Shown here: positions 1-11,469 of the stretch, piece by piece
Layout: every line of letters begins with the position of its first letter
Position numbering within the stretch: position 1 is the stretch's first letter
From: Deltaproteobacteria bacterium
GTDB taxonomy: Bacteria; Myxococcota_A; UBA9160; SZUA-336
DNA: 64,000 nt
Direction: 5' to 3'
Assembly (NCBI GenBank): GCA_029261925.1
Contig: JAJDAJ010000054.1
Span: forward strand, 2,670 to 66,669
Position numbers and translations under genes: made by a program
Notes under the pieces: model-generated
Databases searched by the model: none
Seen by the model: only the letters and a program-made list of their open reading frames with translations
What the model was told of the DNA's origin: nothing

Positions 1-810
1 CGAGCGGGGGTCGTCGGTCGGGACGCGCCGCACGTCGACATCCCGGCGCGAGACCGTGGCGCGCACGATCTCCGCCAGCTCGTCGACCGTGTGGTTCGGC
101 CCGCCGGCGTTGTACACGCCGCCGTCGATGCGCTCCGCGGGCAGCTCCACCAGCCGCGCGTACAGGTCCGCCATGTCGTCGATGTGGATGTTGGGGCGCA
201 TCTGCGCGCCCCCGAAGACCTGGATCTGGCCGGTCGACACGGCGTGGTTGGTCAGGATGTTCACCACGACGTCGAGCCTCTGGCGTGGCGCGTAGCCGCA
301 GACCGTCGCCGGCCGCACGATCACCGAGGCGAGCCCGGGATGCCGCAGATCGTGCAGGACCTCCTCGCAGAGCGCCTTGTACTTCGAGTAATCGGTGAGG
401 GGCTCGAGCGAGTCCTCCTCGCTGACGTCGGAATGCGGCTTGACGCCGTAGACGCTCGAGGACGAGGCGTAGATGAAGCGCCCTGCCCCCGTATCCACGG
501 CGGCCCGGACCAGCGGCTCGAACGCGTCGTAGTTGATCGACCGACCCAGGTCCGGGTCGAGCTCGAAGCTCGGGTCGTTGGAGATGCAGGCCAGGTGGAT
601 CACGCAGCTGCAGTCCGCGACCGCCTTGGTCACCAGCCCGGTGTCGCGCAGGTCCCCGCGGATCTGCTCGAGCCGCGGGTGCGGCTGGAGCACGTCGTCG
701 CCAAAGAGATACAGGTCCAGCACGCGGACGCGGTGTCCCAGCGCGAGCAGCCGCGGCACCAGCACGCTGCCCACGTACCCGGCACCGCCGGTGACGAGAA
801 TGGTCTCCAA
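1..810 (-). CDS. NAD-dependent epimerase/dehydratase (extended SDR), 3' end truncated by window edge
   Basis: Manual translation from TTG at 810 (GGAGG RBS): LETILVTGGAGYVGS (GxxGxxG), HLACISND, SSSSVYG, YSKYK (YxxxK). Not in the ORF track because it runs off the window. Confidence 0.9.
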   Translation of the reverse strand, partial: METILVTGGAGYVGSVLVPRLLALGHRVRVLDLYLFGDDVLQPHPRLEQIRGDLRDTGLVTKAVADCSCVIHLACISNDPSFELDPDLGRSINYDAFEPLVRAAVDTGAGRFIYASSSSVYGVKPHSDVSEEDSLEPLTDYSKYKALCEEVLHDLRHPGLASVIVRPATVCGYAPRQRLDVVVNILTNHAVSTGQIQVFGGAQMRPNIHIDDMADLYARLVELPAERIDGGVYNAGGPNHTVDELAEIVRATVSRRDVDVRRVPTDDPRS

Positions 811-940
811 GGGGCCTCCCTGACGCAGCGGGCCGCGCGGCGCACGGCCGACGTCCCGGCATCTGCGGTGGCTTATCGACGTGCGCCGGCACCATCTTTC
901 GGCGTCGAGGCCCCGGGATGGGGCGGCGTTCTGCTCGCGC

Positions 941-1765
941 CTAGAAGCTCACCCCGAGCGGCCGGCGCAGGACCAGCCCCAGCAGCAGCGTGAGGCCCAC
1001 GAAGCCCCAGGTCGCGCCGGAGAGGCCCGCCCACTCCCCGCCGCGCCGCGGATACGCCAGGTGCACCACGCGCACCGGCCCGTTGGCGGGCAGCGGCACG
1101 GCGGCGGGCGATCCCAGGATCGCCGGCGCGCTCGCGCGCCGGGCGGCGGGCGAGACCGAGGCCGGCCCGGAGCCCACGCGAGCGCGCAGCGGCACCGCCG
1201 TACCCCCGAGATCGAGCGACAGCGCCCAGTCTCCCTCGCGGCGGGCACCGACCCGCCACACCAGCTCGCGGGTGCTCTCGATGCGCAGCGGCGGTGTCTC
1301 CTGCGCCAGGCCCTCGGGCAGCGCCAGGCGCGCGGACAGCTCGGTCAGGGGCCCCTCGCGATCGACGCGCGCGGTCAGCAGCGCGGACTCGCCGGGCGCC
1401 AGCGGGCGGTGACCGAAGCGCGTCTCGACCTGCACCAGCATGGCGGCGAACGGCAGCAGCATCAGGGCGAGCGGGGCGAGCGACAGGCGCAGGTACGTCA
1501 GGTTGTGCCGCAGCAGCCGCCCCTGGGCCCGCAGCATCACCAGCGGATCGTCGCGGAAGATCCGCAGCTCCAGGACACAGGCCTTCATGCGGTCCTTGGC
1601 CCGCTCGATGCGCTGCGGGTCGGTGGTCAGGCGATAGGCACCCAGGGCCAGCAGCGCGCCCGGGAGCGCCAGCCACGCCAGCTGCAGCACCAGCGGGGCT
1701 GTGGCCACCGGCCACAGCCACACGTCGAAGAGCGCGTTGAGCGCGCGGTTGAACAGCGGCCACAC
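941..1765 (-). CDS. Membrane protein, DUF106/EMC3/TMCO1-like (Oxa1 superfamily) architecture with inserted soluble domain
   Basis: TM1, charged helical hairpin (TDPQRIERAKDRMK...RAQGRLL), SLAPLALMLLP TM2, beta-rich insert, C-terminal TM3 ending LRRPLGVSF. Family call by eye. Confidence 0.6.
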   Translation of the reverse strand: MWPLFNRALNALFDVWLWPVATAPLVLQLAWLALPGALLALGAYRLTTDPQRIERAKDRMKACVLELRIFRDDPLVMLRAQGRLLRHNLTYLRLSLAPLALMLLPFAAMLVQVETRFGHRPLAPGESALLTARVDREGPLTELSARLALPEGLAQETPPLRIESTRELVWRVGARREGDWALSLDLGGTAVPLRARVGSGPASVSPAARRASAPAILGSPAAVPLPANGPVRVVHLAYPRRGGEWAGLSGATWGFVGLTLLLGLVLRRPLGVSF

Positions 1766-1769
1766 GGCG

Positions 1770-1964
1770 CTACTCGATGTAGCCGAGGCCGCGGAGCTTC
1801 TTCTTCAGGTCCTCGTCCGAGCCCGCGTCCTCGAGGGGCGCGAGCTCACGCTCGAGGACGTGCTCGACGAACTCCTGTGGCGAGGCGTATCCGGCCACGC
1901 GCGCACAGCGCTCGATGCGCTCCCAGAGCTCCGACTGGATCGTGATCCTGTGCCGTCCGAACAT
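1770..1964 (-). CDS. Small ribbon-helix-helix (CopG-like) protein with C-terminal LxxLGY motif
   Basis: 64 aa: ITIQSELWERIERCARVAGYASPQEFVEHVLERE (RHH pattern), tail LKKKLRGLGYIE; GGAGG RBS. Confidence 0.75.
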   Translation of the reverse strand: MFGRHRITIQSELWERIERCARVAGYASPQEFVEHVLERELAPLEDAGSDEDLKKKLRGLGYIE

Positions 1965-1986
1965 CTCGCCTCCGCACTACCCGGGT

Positions 1987-3926
1987 TCAGAAGACCGACC
2001 GGCCGCGCATCCCCTCGAGCGGCTCGACGCCGAACCACTCCAGGATGCTGACCGTCAGGTCGCGCAGACCCGCGCCCGCCGGCTCGTCGAGCGGGATGCT
2101 CGAGACCAGGGTTCCGGGCACGGCGCGCGCGTCCATGCAGTGGTCGCCGCTCCACTCGCGATCGTTGTCCTCGAAGAGCTCCCCGGGAACCTCGCCACGG
2201 GTCGTCGCCCACGACGCGCGGTAGCCGTGCGCGTAGCCGACCAGCACGTCGGGCGCATCGCCCACGGCGGGGCCGCTGTAGGCGCGCTCGCGGGTCAGCG
2301 GCTGCGTGACCACGTGCGCACCGCTGCGCGGATCCGTCCAGGCGGCCAGGCGCCCCGCGATCTCCTCCGCCAGCGCCTCGCGCTCTGCGGGGTCGACCAC
2401 GCCGTGGCGCTCGCGGCCGCGCACGTTGAGGTACAGGGAGTTCAGCCCCACCGCGAAGGCGCGCGTGCGGCTCCAGTCGATGGCACCCAGCCAGCGCGCG
2501 CCGCGGTCCGCCCCGTGCCGCAGGTGCAGGTAGCCCTCGCGCTCCAGCCAGGCATTCAGGTGCACCTGGTGGCGAAACGGCGCGAAGCCGTGGTCCGACA
2601 TGACCACCACCTCGGCGGCGTCGCCCACGCGCTCGAGCACGTCGGCGAGGATGGCGTCGAGCTGCACGTAGGACTCGCGCACGGCCTCGACCAGCGAGCT
2701 GGGCGTGTCCGGTGCGTGCAGCGGGTGAGCGGTGTCCATGTGGCGCCAGAGCATGTGGCTGCGCTGGTCGATGCTGGAGAAGTAGAAGAAGAGCAGCCCG
2801 CCGGGGCCCTGCTCGAGGAAGCGACCGAGCTCGTGGCGCAGCAGCCGGCGGCGCTCGTCGAGCACCAGCTCCGACTGCGCCAGGAACTCGGCCGGCTCGA
2901 GCACGTGCGCCGACAGCGCCTTGGTGTCCTCGGGCATCTCCTGGGTGTAGAAGGGCCCGACGGCCTCCGAGAGCTCGCGGGCGTACGACGCCGGGGCCGC
3001 GATCGGCTGCGCGGGCTCGGCGGGGTCGATGTTGACGGGGCTGGCGTACAGGCGGAAGCCCGGCCGGACGCTCTTGAGATAGAAGCGCACCAGGCCCGGA
3101 ACGCTGGCGACGACCGGCACCAGCTCGAAGCGCACCCGCACCCAGTCGCTCCACTCCCCCTCGCGGAGCAGCACGCGCGCGTCTCCGATGCGGATCTCCG
3201 CGACCGGGTTCTCCGCGTCCACGTGGACCTCGAAGTCCACGCCGGTGCGGGGCGCATCGCGGCGGAATGCGTTGGGCGGACCCTCGAGGCGCGCGCGCGC
3301 CGTGCCCCGGAGCACGTGCACCCGGTGCACGACGCCCCCCGGCACCCGGCCCGGGCTCCACTCGAGAGCATCGGTGTAGAAGCTGAACGTGCCGGGGCTG
3401 CCCTGCAGGTCCGGGGTCCCCATGCCGCTGAGCGCGCGGCCGGCGGTCTCCACCGGCGGGTAGTTCGCGGGCACGCGAAAGATCGTGGTCGGGATGCCCT
3501 TCTCCTCGAGCAGCTCCCAGAACGCACGCCCCCGGCGCAGCAGCTCCGTGCCGCCGCCGCGCAGGGGCACCCGCCACTCGCCGACCGACCAGAACGCGGC
3601 GTCGCGGACCCGCGTGGTGGACATGCGCGGCTGCAGCGTGTCGCGCTCCAGCGCGATGAAGTCGAAGATCCCGTGCTCGCCGGGATTGGTGCCGGTGATG
3701 AAGTCCGACCAGGCCACGGGACTCTGGGGCGGAACGCTGGTCTGCAGGGGGGAAAGCCCGCCCCGCTGCGAGAGCGCGCGGAACGCGGGCAGGCGGCCCT
3801 GGTCCATCAGCTGCCCCAGCAGCCCGGGATCGAGGCCGTCGATGCCCAGCACCACCAGGCGCCGCTCCGTCGCGGCGGCCGGCGCCGTCAGGGCCAGGAC
3901 CAGGAGCCCGGCGAGCAGCCCCCGCA

Positions 3927-3927
<1 letters not shown>
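1987..3927 (-). CDS. Alkaline phosphatase superfamily / type I phosphodiesterase-nucleotide pyrophosphatase family protein, Sec signal
   Basis: VLGIDG, PPQSPVAWSDFITG, DQRSH, SDHG, WSGDH metal-ligand motifs; signal peptide MRGLLAGLLVLALTAPAAA. Confidence 0.88.
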
Positions 3928-6064
<2,137 letters not shown>

Positions 6065-6068
<4 letters not shown>

Positions 6069-6685
6069 GGCTGCTCCTTGCGGTTGCGGTACAGCTCGCC
6101 GTCGATCGCCCGCGCCATCGGCGCGACCTCTCCGGTCAGGCCCAGGAAGCGCTGCACGTGCCCGGCCACCCGCTCGGGCGCCAGCACGGCCTCGTCGTAG
6201 CGCACGTCGAGCCAGCGCACGCCCGGCCGGCGCTGCATCAGGCGCCGCACGTCATCGAGGTGCCGCACGTACAGCTCCCGCGCACGGGCGTCGTCGACCG
6301 GGTTGGGCTCGCCCAGGCGCTCGAGCATCCGGTTCTGCGAGGTGATCACCTCGTCGAGGTCACGCAGCATGAACACGATGCGGTAGCCGTTGCCGGGCGG
6401 CAGCCAGCGCAGCAGCGGGGACACGACCTTGACCGCCTGGCCGCGCGCCTGGCGCACCCAGCGGCGGTCGGGATCGCGCTCCAGTCGCTTGACGCGCTCG
6501 AGCTCGAAGTAGCCATGAGGATTGTCCCGGTCGGCCTCACGCTCGCCGTCGCTGAGCAGCGGCACGCCGCCGGCGGCGAGCATGCGCATCATCATCGACG
6601 TCCCCGAGCGGGGCAGTCCAGAGACGACCACCACGTCGGGCCCCCAGCGTAGTCGGTACCAGATGTTCGCGAGCGTATGAGACAC
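6065..6685 (-). CDS. PAPS-dependent sulfotransferase family protein
   Basis: 5'-PSB loop VSGLPRSGTS, N-P-x-G-Y-F-E, MLRDLDEVITSQ (3'-PB motif); 4-nt overlap with the next gene. Confidence 0.85.
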
Positions 6686-6800
6686 GGATTTTCAGGGCTC
6701 AGCGGGCCGCAGGATCGGGCCGCAGGCTCCCTATCGTCCGCCGGGTTCCCGAACTGCTGCCCCGCTACAGGCCGGAGCCGGGTCGCCGATCTGAACGGGC

Positions 6801-8138
6801 ATGTGCGTCCGAAACACCGTCGCCTGGCTGTCGCTCGTGGGCGCGTGCGCGCTCGGCTGTGTGGTCGAGTCGCGGCCCGCGCCCGACCGCGATCTGGTCG
6901 TGCTGGTCGTGCTCGACACGATCCGCGCGGATCACCTGTCGCTCTGCGGGCACTCGCGGCCCACGTCGCCGGCGCTCGAGGCGATTGCAGCAGCGGGCGC
7001 GAGCGTGCGCTGCGACGCACAGGCGCCCGGCACCTGGACCCTGCCCAGCCACGCCAGCTACTTCACCGGCCTGCCCGTCGTGGAGCACGGCGCGCACTTC
7101 GGCCCGGGCGGCAGGCGCATGCTCTGGGACGTGACGGTCTTCCCGCTCGACGCGCGCGCACCGACGCTTGCCGAGCAGATGGCGGCTGCGGGCTACCGCA
7201 CCGCGGCCGTCTCGGCCAACCCGGTCGTGTCGTCCGAGACCGGCCTGACGCGGGGGTTCGAGATCGTGCGCCGGGCGGGGAGCTTCGGCGAGCTGTACGG
7301 CGAGCGCCTGGAACGCGCGCTGGAGCAGACCCTCGACCAGGTCGCGGAGGACGAGCCGCTGTTCCTGTTCCTCAACGTCGCCGACGCCCACCATCCGTGG
7401 CCCGCGATCCCGCAGGGTCTCGACTGGGTGCCGGAGCGTGCGGGCATGACCTACGGCATCAAGCAGCCCGACAGCCCCTGGCGCCGCTACATGGCCGGCG
7501 AGATGGCCGAGGAGGAGGCCGCGGAGCTGCGCGAGCACAGCACGGACCTGTACGACTGGGGCGTGCGCCGCGCGGACCGCACGCTGGCCGGAGCGCTGGA
7601 GGTGCTGCGCAGGCGTGGCCGCCTCGCGGGCGACCACCGCATCGTGATCACCTCGGACCACGGCGAGTTCCTCGGCGAGCACGGCCTCACGGGCCACTGC
7701 TGCTACCCCTACGAGGCGGTCACGCGCGTGCCCCTGCTGGTGCTGGACAGCAGCGGATCCCCGCAGCTGCCGGGCCCGGTCAGCGCACTGCACGCCTTCC
7801 ACCTGGCGCGGGACGGCGCCCTGCCCCCGGTCCCCGCGCCCCTGGTCTCGGTCGGGTTCCCGAGCCCGAACATGATCGAGCACGTGGGCCGGCTGGGCCA
7901 CGAGCTGGCGGTCGCGAGCTGGTCGGGCACGCGCAAGTCGCTGTGGATCGAGGATCGGCGGCTCGCGTTCGACCTCGAGACGGATCCGGACGAGCTGAGA
8001 CCCCTGCCCGCCGGCGGCCCCGATGCGCTGCTCGACTCGCTCGCGGCGGCGGCACGCGCGTCGCACACCCGCGGCGCGGCAGCCCGTGCCGACGCCGCCG
8101 CGGTGGAGCACCTGGAGGCACTCGGCTACGTGGAGTGA
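6801..8138 (+). CDS. Sulfatase-like hydrolase/transferase (Thr nucleophile), probable exported/lipoprotein
   Basis: VLDTIRAD, WTLPSHASYFTG, SDHGE, C-terminal LEALGYVE; hydrophobic N-terminus with ALGC. Confidence 0.85.
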   Translation: MCVRNTVAWLSLVGACALGCVVESRPAPDRDLVVLVVLDTIRADHLSLCGHSRPTSPALEAIAAAGASVRCDAQAPGTWTLPSHASYFTGLPVVEHGAHFGPGGRRMLWDVTVFPLDARAPTLAEQMAAAGYRTAAVSANPVVSSETGLTRGFEIVRRAGSFGELYGERLERALEQTLDQVAEDEPLFLFLNVADAHHPWPAIPQGLDWVPERAGMTYGIKQPDSPWRRYMAGEMAEEEAAELREHSTDLYDWGVRRADRTLAGALEVLRRRGRLAGDHRIVITSDHGEFLGEHGLTGHCCYPYEAVTRVPLLVLDSSGSPQLPGPVSALHAFHLARDGALPPVPAPLVSVGFPSPNMIEHVGRLGHELAVASWSGTRKSLWIEDRRLAFDLETDPDELRPLPAGGPDALLDSLAAAARASHTRGAAARADAAAVEHLEALGYVE

Positions 8139-8321
8139 CCCCGGAAGGTCGCTCGAGAGTAGCCGACGACACACCCTCCGGGCGGGCGCCTGCGGCAGGC
8201 GGTGCGCATGCGCGGCCCCGGCACCCAGAGCCGGCGCGGACAATCACGCGGCGCCGGCCGGTGCGGCACGGATCTTGATGGACCTGCGCGCATCGAACTC
8301 ACACCCGCGAGGGGAACTCTC

Positions 8322-8750
8322 ATGTCCGAGATCAAGCGCGGCGCCGGCTTCTGCATGCGCTCCGGCTGCCGCGGGTACGCTCACCTGCGGCTGATCGAGC
8401 CCTACCACGCCGGATTCGTCTGCGGCCAGTGCGGAGAGCTGGGCCACGTCGAGCCGGAGTTCGGCGCCAGCGTCGGCACGTCACTCACCTTCAGCGAGGT
8501 GCGGGTGTTCTACGGCTACGACGCCCGCGAGCGCAGCTACCCGTCCGTGGCAGTGGCCACGGACTCCAGCGTGCTGGGTCGCACCGGGGCCTACACGCTG
8601 TTCACTCCGGTGGTGCACTCCGCGGAGCGGGCCCAGAAGCTGGCCGAGAAGCTGCTCGCGCGGCTCAATCACCGCGACGGGGCGCGGCCGCCCGCGCGGG
8701 GGCGCCAGCGCAGCGAGCTGGTAGCCGAGGGCTGGCAGGTCCTGGCCTAG
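8322..8750 (+). CDS. Hypothetical protein with N-terminal Cys zinc-ribbon
   Basis: ATG 8322 with GAGGGG RBS; CMRSGC...CGQC. Confidence 0.6.
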   Translation: MSEIKRGAGFCMRSGCRGYAHLRLIEPYHAGFVCGQCGELGHVEPEFGASVGTSLTFSEVRVFYGYDARERSYPSVAVATDSSVLGRTGAYTLFTPVVHSAERAQKLAEKLLARLNHRDGARPPARGRQRSELVAEGWQVLA

Positions 8751-8791
8751 GGCGCGACGACGGGTTGCCCGCCCGCGAGGGATGGGCGAGC

Positions 8792-9712
8792 TTGGCCGCC
8801 CTGAGCACCGTCGACCCCGCTGCCGTCCGCGCGTACCTGCTCGAGCTACAGGACCGCATCTGCGCCGCGCTGGAGCGCGTGGATGAGGGCCCCGGCTTTG
8901 CGGAGCAGCGCATCGAGCCTCCCGGCGGCGGCCTGGCGCGCCCCCGGGTGCTCGAGGGCGGGGCGGTGATCGAGAAGGCCGCCGTCAACTTCTCGAACAC
9001 CCACGGTGCCCGGCTCCCGCCGGCGGCGAGCGAGCGCCGGCCGGAGCTCGCGGGCTGGCCGTTCGAGGCCGCGTCGCTGTCGCTGATCGTCCACCCGCGC
9101 AGTCCGTACGCGCCCACCAGCCACTGCAACCTGCGCTTCTTCAGCGTCGACGCCGACGTGCCCGGGGCCTGGTGGTTCGGCGGCGGCTTCGACCTGACGC
9201 CCTACTACGGCTTCAGCGACGACGCGGTGCACTGGCACCGCAGCGCACGCGATGCCTGCGCGCCGTTCGGCGACGCGCTCTACCCGCGGCTCAAGAAGGC
9301 CTGCGACGACTACTTCTACCTGCCGCATCGCGGCGAGCCGCGCGGCATCGGCGGCCTGTTCTTCGACGACCTGGACGAGGGCGGGTTCGAGCGCGCCTTC
9401 GGTCTGGTGCGCAGCATCGGAGACCACTACCTGCCCGCCTACCTGCCGATCCTCGAGCGGCGCGGCCGCCAGCCGTGGGGGGAGCGCGAGCGCGACTTCC
9501 AGCTCTACCGGCGCGGGCGCTACGCCGAGTTCAACCTGATCCACGATCGCGGCACGCGCTACGGACTGCAGTCGGGCCGCCGCATCGAGTCGGTGCTGGC
9601 ATCGATGCCGCCGCTGGCCGCCTGGCGTTACGACTGGCAGCCGGAGCCGGGCTCGCCCGAGGCCGAGCTGTACGAGCGCTTCCTCACGCCCCGCGACTGG
9701 CTCGACACGTGA
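8792..9712 (+). CDS. hemF: Oxygen-dependent coproporphyrinogen III oxidase
   Basis: [58 protein letters not shown]; start approximate (TTG). Confidence 0.95.
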   Translation: MAALSTVDPAAVRAYLLELQDRICAALERVDEGPGFAEQRIEPPGGGLARPRVLEGGAVIEKAAVNFSNTHGARLPPAASERRPELAGWPFEAASLSLIVHPRSPYAPTSHCNLRFFSVDADVPGAWWFGGGFDLTPYYGFSDDAVHWHRSARDACAPFGDALYPRLKKACDDYFYLPHRGEPRGIGGLFFDDLDEGGFERAFGLVRSIGDHYLPAYLPILERRGRQPWGERERDFQLYRRGRYAEFNLIHDRGTRYGLQSGRRIESVLASMPPLAAWRYDWQPEPGSPEAELYERFLTPRDWLDT

Positions 9713-9719
9713 GCGAGAC

Positions 9720-10643
9720 GTGAGGACCGAGGCGCGTGACCACCGCGCCCCCGATGGCGCGACGCTGCAGGTGCATCGCTGGCTTCCGGACGGCGAGCCG
9801 CGGCTGCTGGTGCTGCTCGTGCACGGGATGGGCGAGCACGCCGCGCGCTACGCGCCGCTGGGAGCGCGCCTCTGCGAGGCCGGCCATGCGCTGGTCGCCC
9901 CCGACCTGCGCGGCCACGGTGCGGCGCTGGCGCCCGACCAGCTCGGCAAGCTCGGCCCGGGCGGCTGGGAGGGGCTGGTCGACGATGCCGTGCGCATCCT
10001 CGAGGAGGAGAGGCGAGCCGCGGGCGACCCTCCCTGCGTGCTGATGGGACACAGCATGGGCTCGTTCGCCGCGCAGCAGATCGCCATCGAGCGGCGGCCC
10101 GCGCTGACCGGACTCGTGCTATCGGGCTCGACGTGGATGTCGAGCGGCGCACGCCTCGTGGCGCTCTGGCTGGCGCGTCTGGAGAGCTGGCGCCTGGGCC
10201 CCGACGTGCACAGCCCGGTGCTGCAACGCGCGCTCTTCGGGCGCTCGAACCGCGCGTTCGAGCCCGCGCGCACGGCGTACGACTGGCTCTCGCGCGACCC
10301 GGAGCAGGTGGACCGCTACGCGAGCGACCCGGCCTGCGGGTTCGTGGTGGCCAGCGGCGGCGTCGCCGCGATGCTCTCGGCGATCGGGCGCTTCCAGCGC
10401 CCCGCAGCGCTCCGGGCGCTGCCCCGGGATCTGCCGCTGTACGTGTTCTCGGGCTCCCGGGATCCCGTCTCGGGGACGCGCGGCTTCGAGGCCCTGGTGC
10501 GGGCGTATGGCCGCGCTGGGCTGGAGCGGCTGAGCGCCCGGCTCTATCCGGAGGGTCGCCACGAGATGCTCAATGAGCTGAACCGACAGGAGGTTGAGAA
10601 CGACCTCCTCGAGTGGCTGGACGGCGTTCAAGACAGTCGCTGA
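9720..10643 (+). CDS. Alpha/beta hydrolase (lysophospholipase/monoglyceride lipase-like)
   Basis: HGMGEHAARY, DLRGHG, GHSMG nucleophile, RHEMLNE. Confidence 0.92.
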   Translation: MRTEARDHRAPDGATLQVHRWLPDGEPRLLVLLVHGMGEHAARYAPLGARLCEAGHALVAPDLRGHGAALAPDQLGKLGPGGWEGLVDDAVRILEEERRAAGDPPCVLMGHSMGSFAAQQIAIERRPALTGLVLSGSTWMSSGARLVALWLARLESWRLGPDVHSPVLQRALFGRSNRAFEPARTAYDWLSRDPEQVDRYASDPACGFVVASGGVAAMLSAIGRFQRPAALRALPRDLPLYVFSGSRDPVSGTRGFEALVRAYGRAGLERLSARLYPEGRHEMLNELNRQEVENDLLEWLDGVQDSR

Positions 10644-10686
10644 CGGCATGCAAGAACGTCCCGAATCCGTTGAGAAAAAGACACAT

Positions 10687-10715
10687 TTGCACGACCGTGG
10701 ACACCTGCTTACAAT
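10687..10715 (+). promoter_or_regulatory. Sigma70-type promoter
   Basis: TTGCAC-N17-TACAAT with an AT-rich upstream tract. Confidence 0.7.
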
Positions 10716-10721
10716 CTCGCC

Positions 10722-10929
10722 GTCTCCCTCCAAGAGACAAGCAGACAAGTGTCACGCCCACGCTCCGTCGGGCCTCCGGGCCCGGCGGAGCAAGCGCGTT
10801 AAGGGCCCCGGGAGATCACGGAACCAGCCCTGAGCCGTTCCGGGATCGGTCCGGAAAACCCGCCCGGACCTTCCGCGAGGTGCAGCCGACGGACGTGGGC
10901 TTCCCCCGGTGTGAAGCAGACTTCACACC
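10722..10929 (+). ncRNA. Candidate structured sRNA / long 5' leader
   Basis: Directly downstream of the promoter; 10756-10771 pairs with 10886-10900, with nested stems and a 3' hairpin at 10908-10929; no convincing ORF. Confidence 0.4.
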
Positions 10930-11016
10930 CGCCGGCAGCGCACCGGCAGGCGCGTGCGCGTGCGCCGCGCAGCGCCGCCGGCGCGCGCGGGCGCCGCGCT
11001 TGCATCACCGGTCCAC

Positions 11017-11469
11017 GTGCGATCGATCCTCCTGCCACTGTCCCTCGCGAGCGCGCTCGCCTGCGCCGGCCCCGCGGTTCTCCCGCTGGCCCCGCATCCG
11101 GACACGACCGCTGCGCCGCATGCACGCGCGCAGGTGACCCCCGAGGGGACGCGCTGGCTGTCCCTCGATGACCTCGAGCGCACGATCGAGTCCCGGGATC
11201 TCGACGCCGACGGACGCGTCGATGTCCGCGTCGAGTACGGGGCCGACGGACTGCCTGCCCGCATCACCGAGGACGTCGACGGCGACGGCCGCGCCGAGAA
11301 CGTGACCCGGCTCGAGGCCGGGCGCGTGGTCTCGGGACAGCGCGACACCGACGCCGACGGGCTGCCCGATCTGTGGATCCGTCGCCTCTCCGACGGACGC
11401 CTGCGCCACGCCGCCGATCGCGATGCCGACGGCTTCGCGGACGAGGTCTGGATCGAGGGCGAGCCGTGA
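11017..11469 (+). CDS. Putative lipoprotein with four DxDxDG (Ca-binding-like) repeats
   Basis: GTG 11017, lipobox ALAC; DLDADG, DVDGDG, DTDADG, DRDADG. Confidence 0.7.
   Translation: MRSILLPLSLASALACAGPAVLPLAPHPDTTAAPHARAQVTPEGTRWLSLDDLERTIESRDLDADGRVDVRVEYGADGLPARITEDVDGDGRAENVTRLEAGRVVSGQRDTDADGLPDLWIRRLSDGRLRHAADRDADGFADEVWIEGEP

Noticed and set aside
10824-10837. CCAGCCCTGAGCCG similarity to enterobacterial 6S RNA or the TPP riboswitch CUGAG
   Set aside because: Other conserved elements and the usual genomic context are absent; kept only as an unassigned ncRNA candidate.
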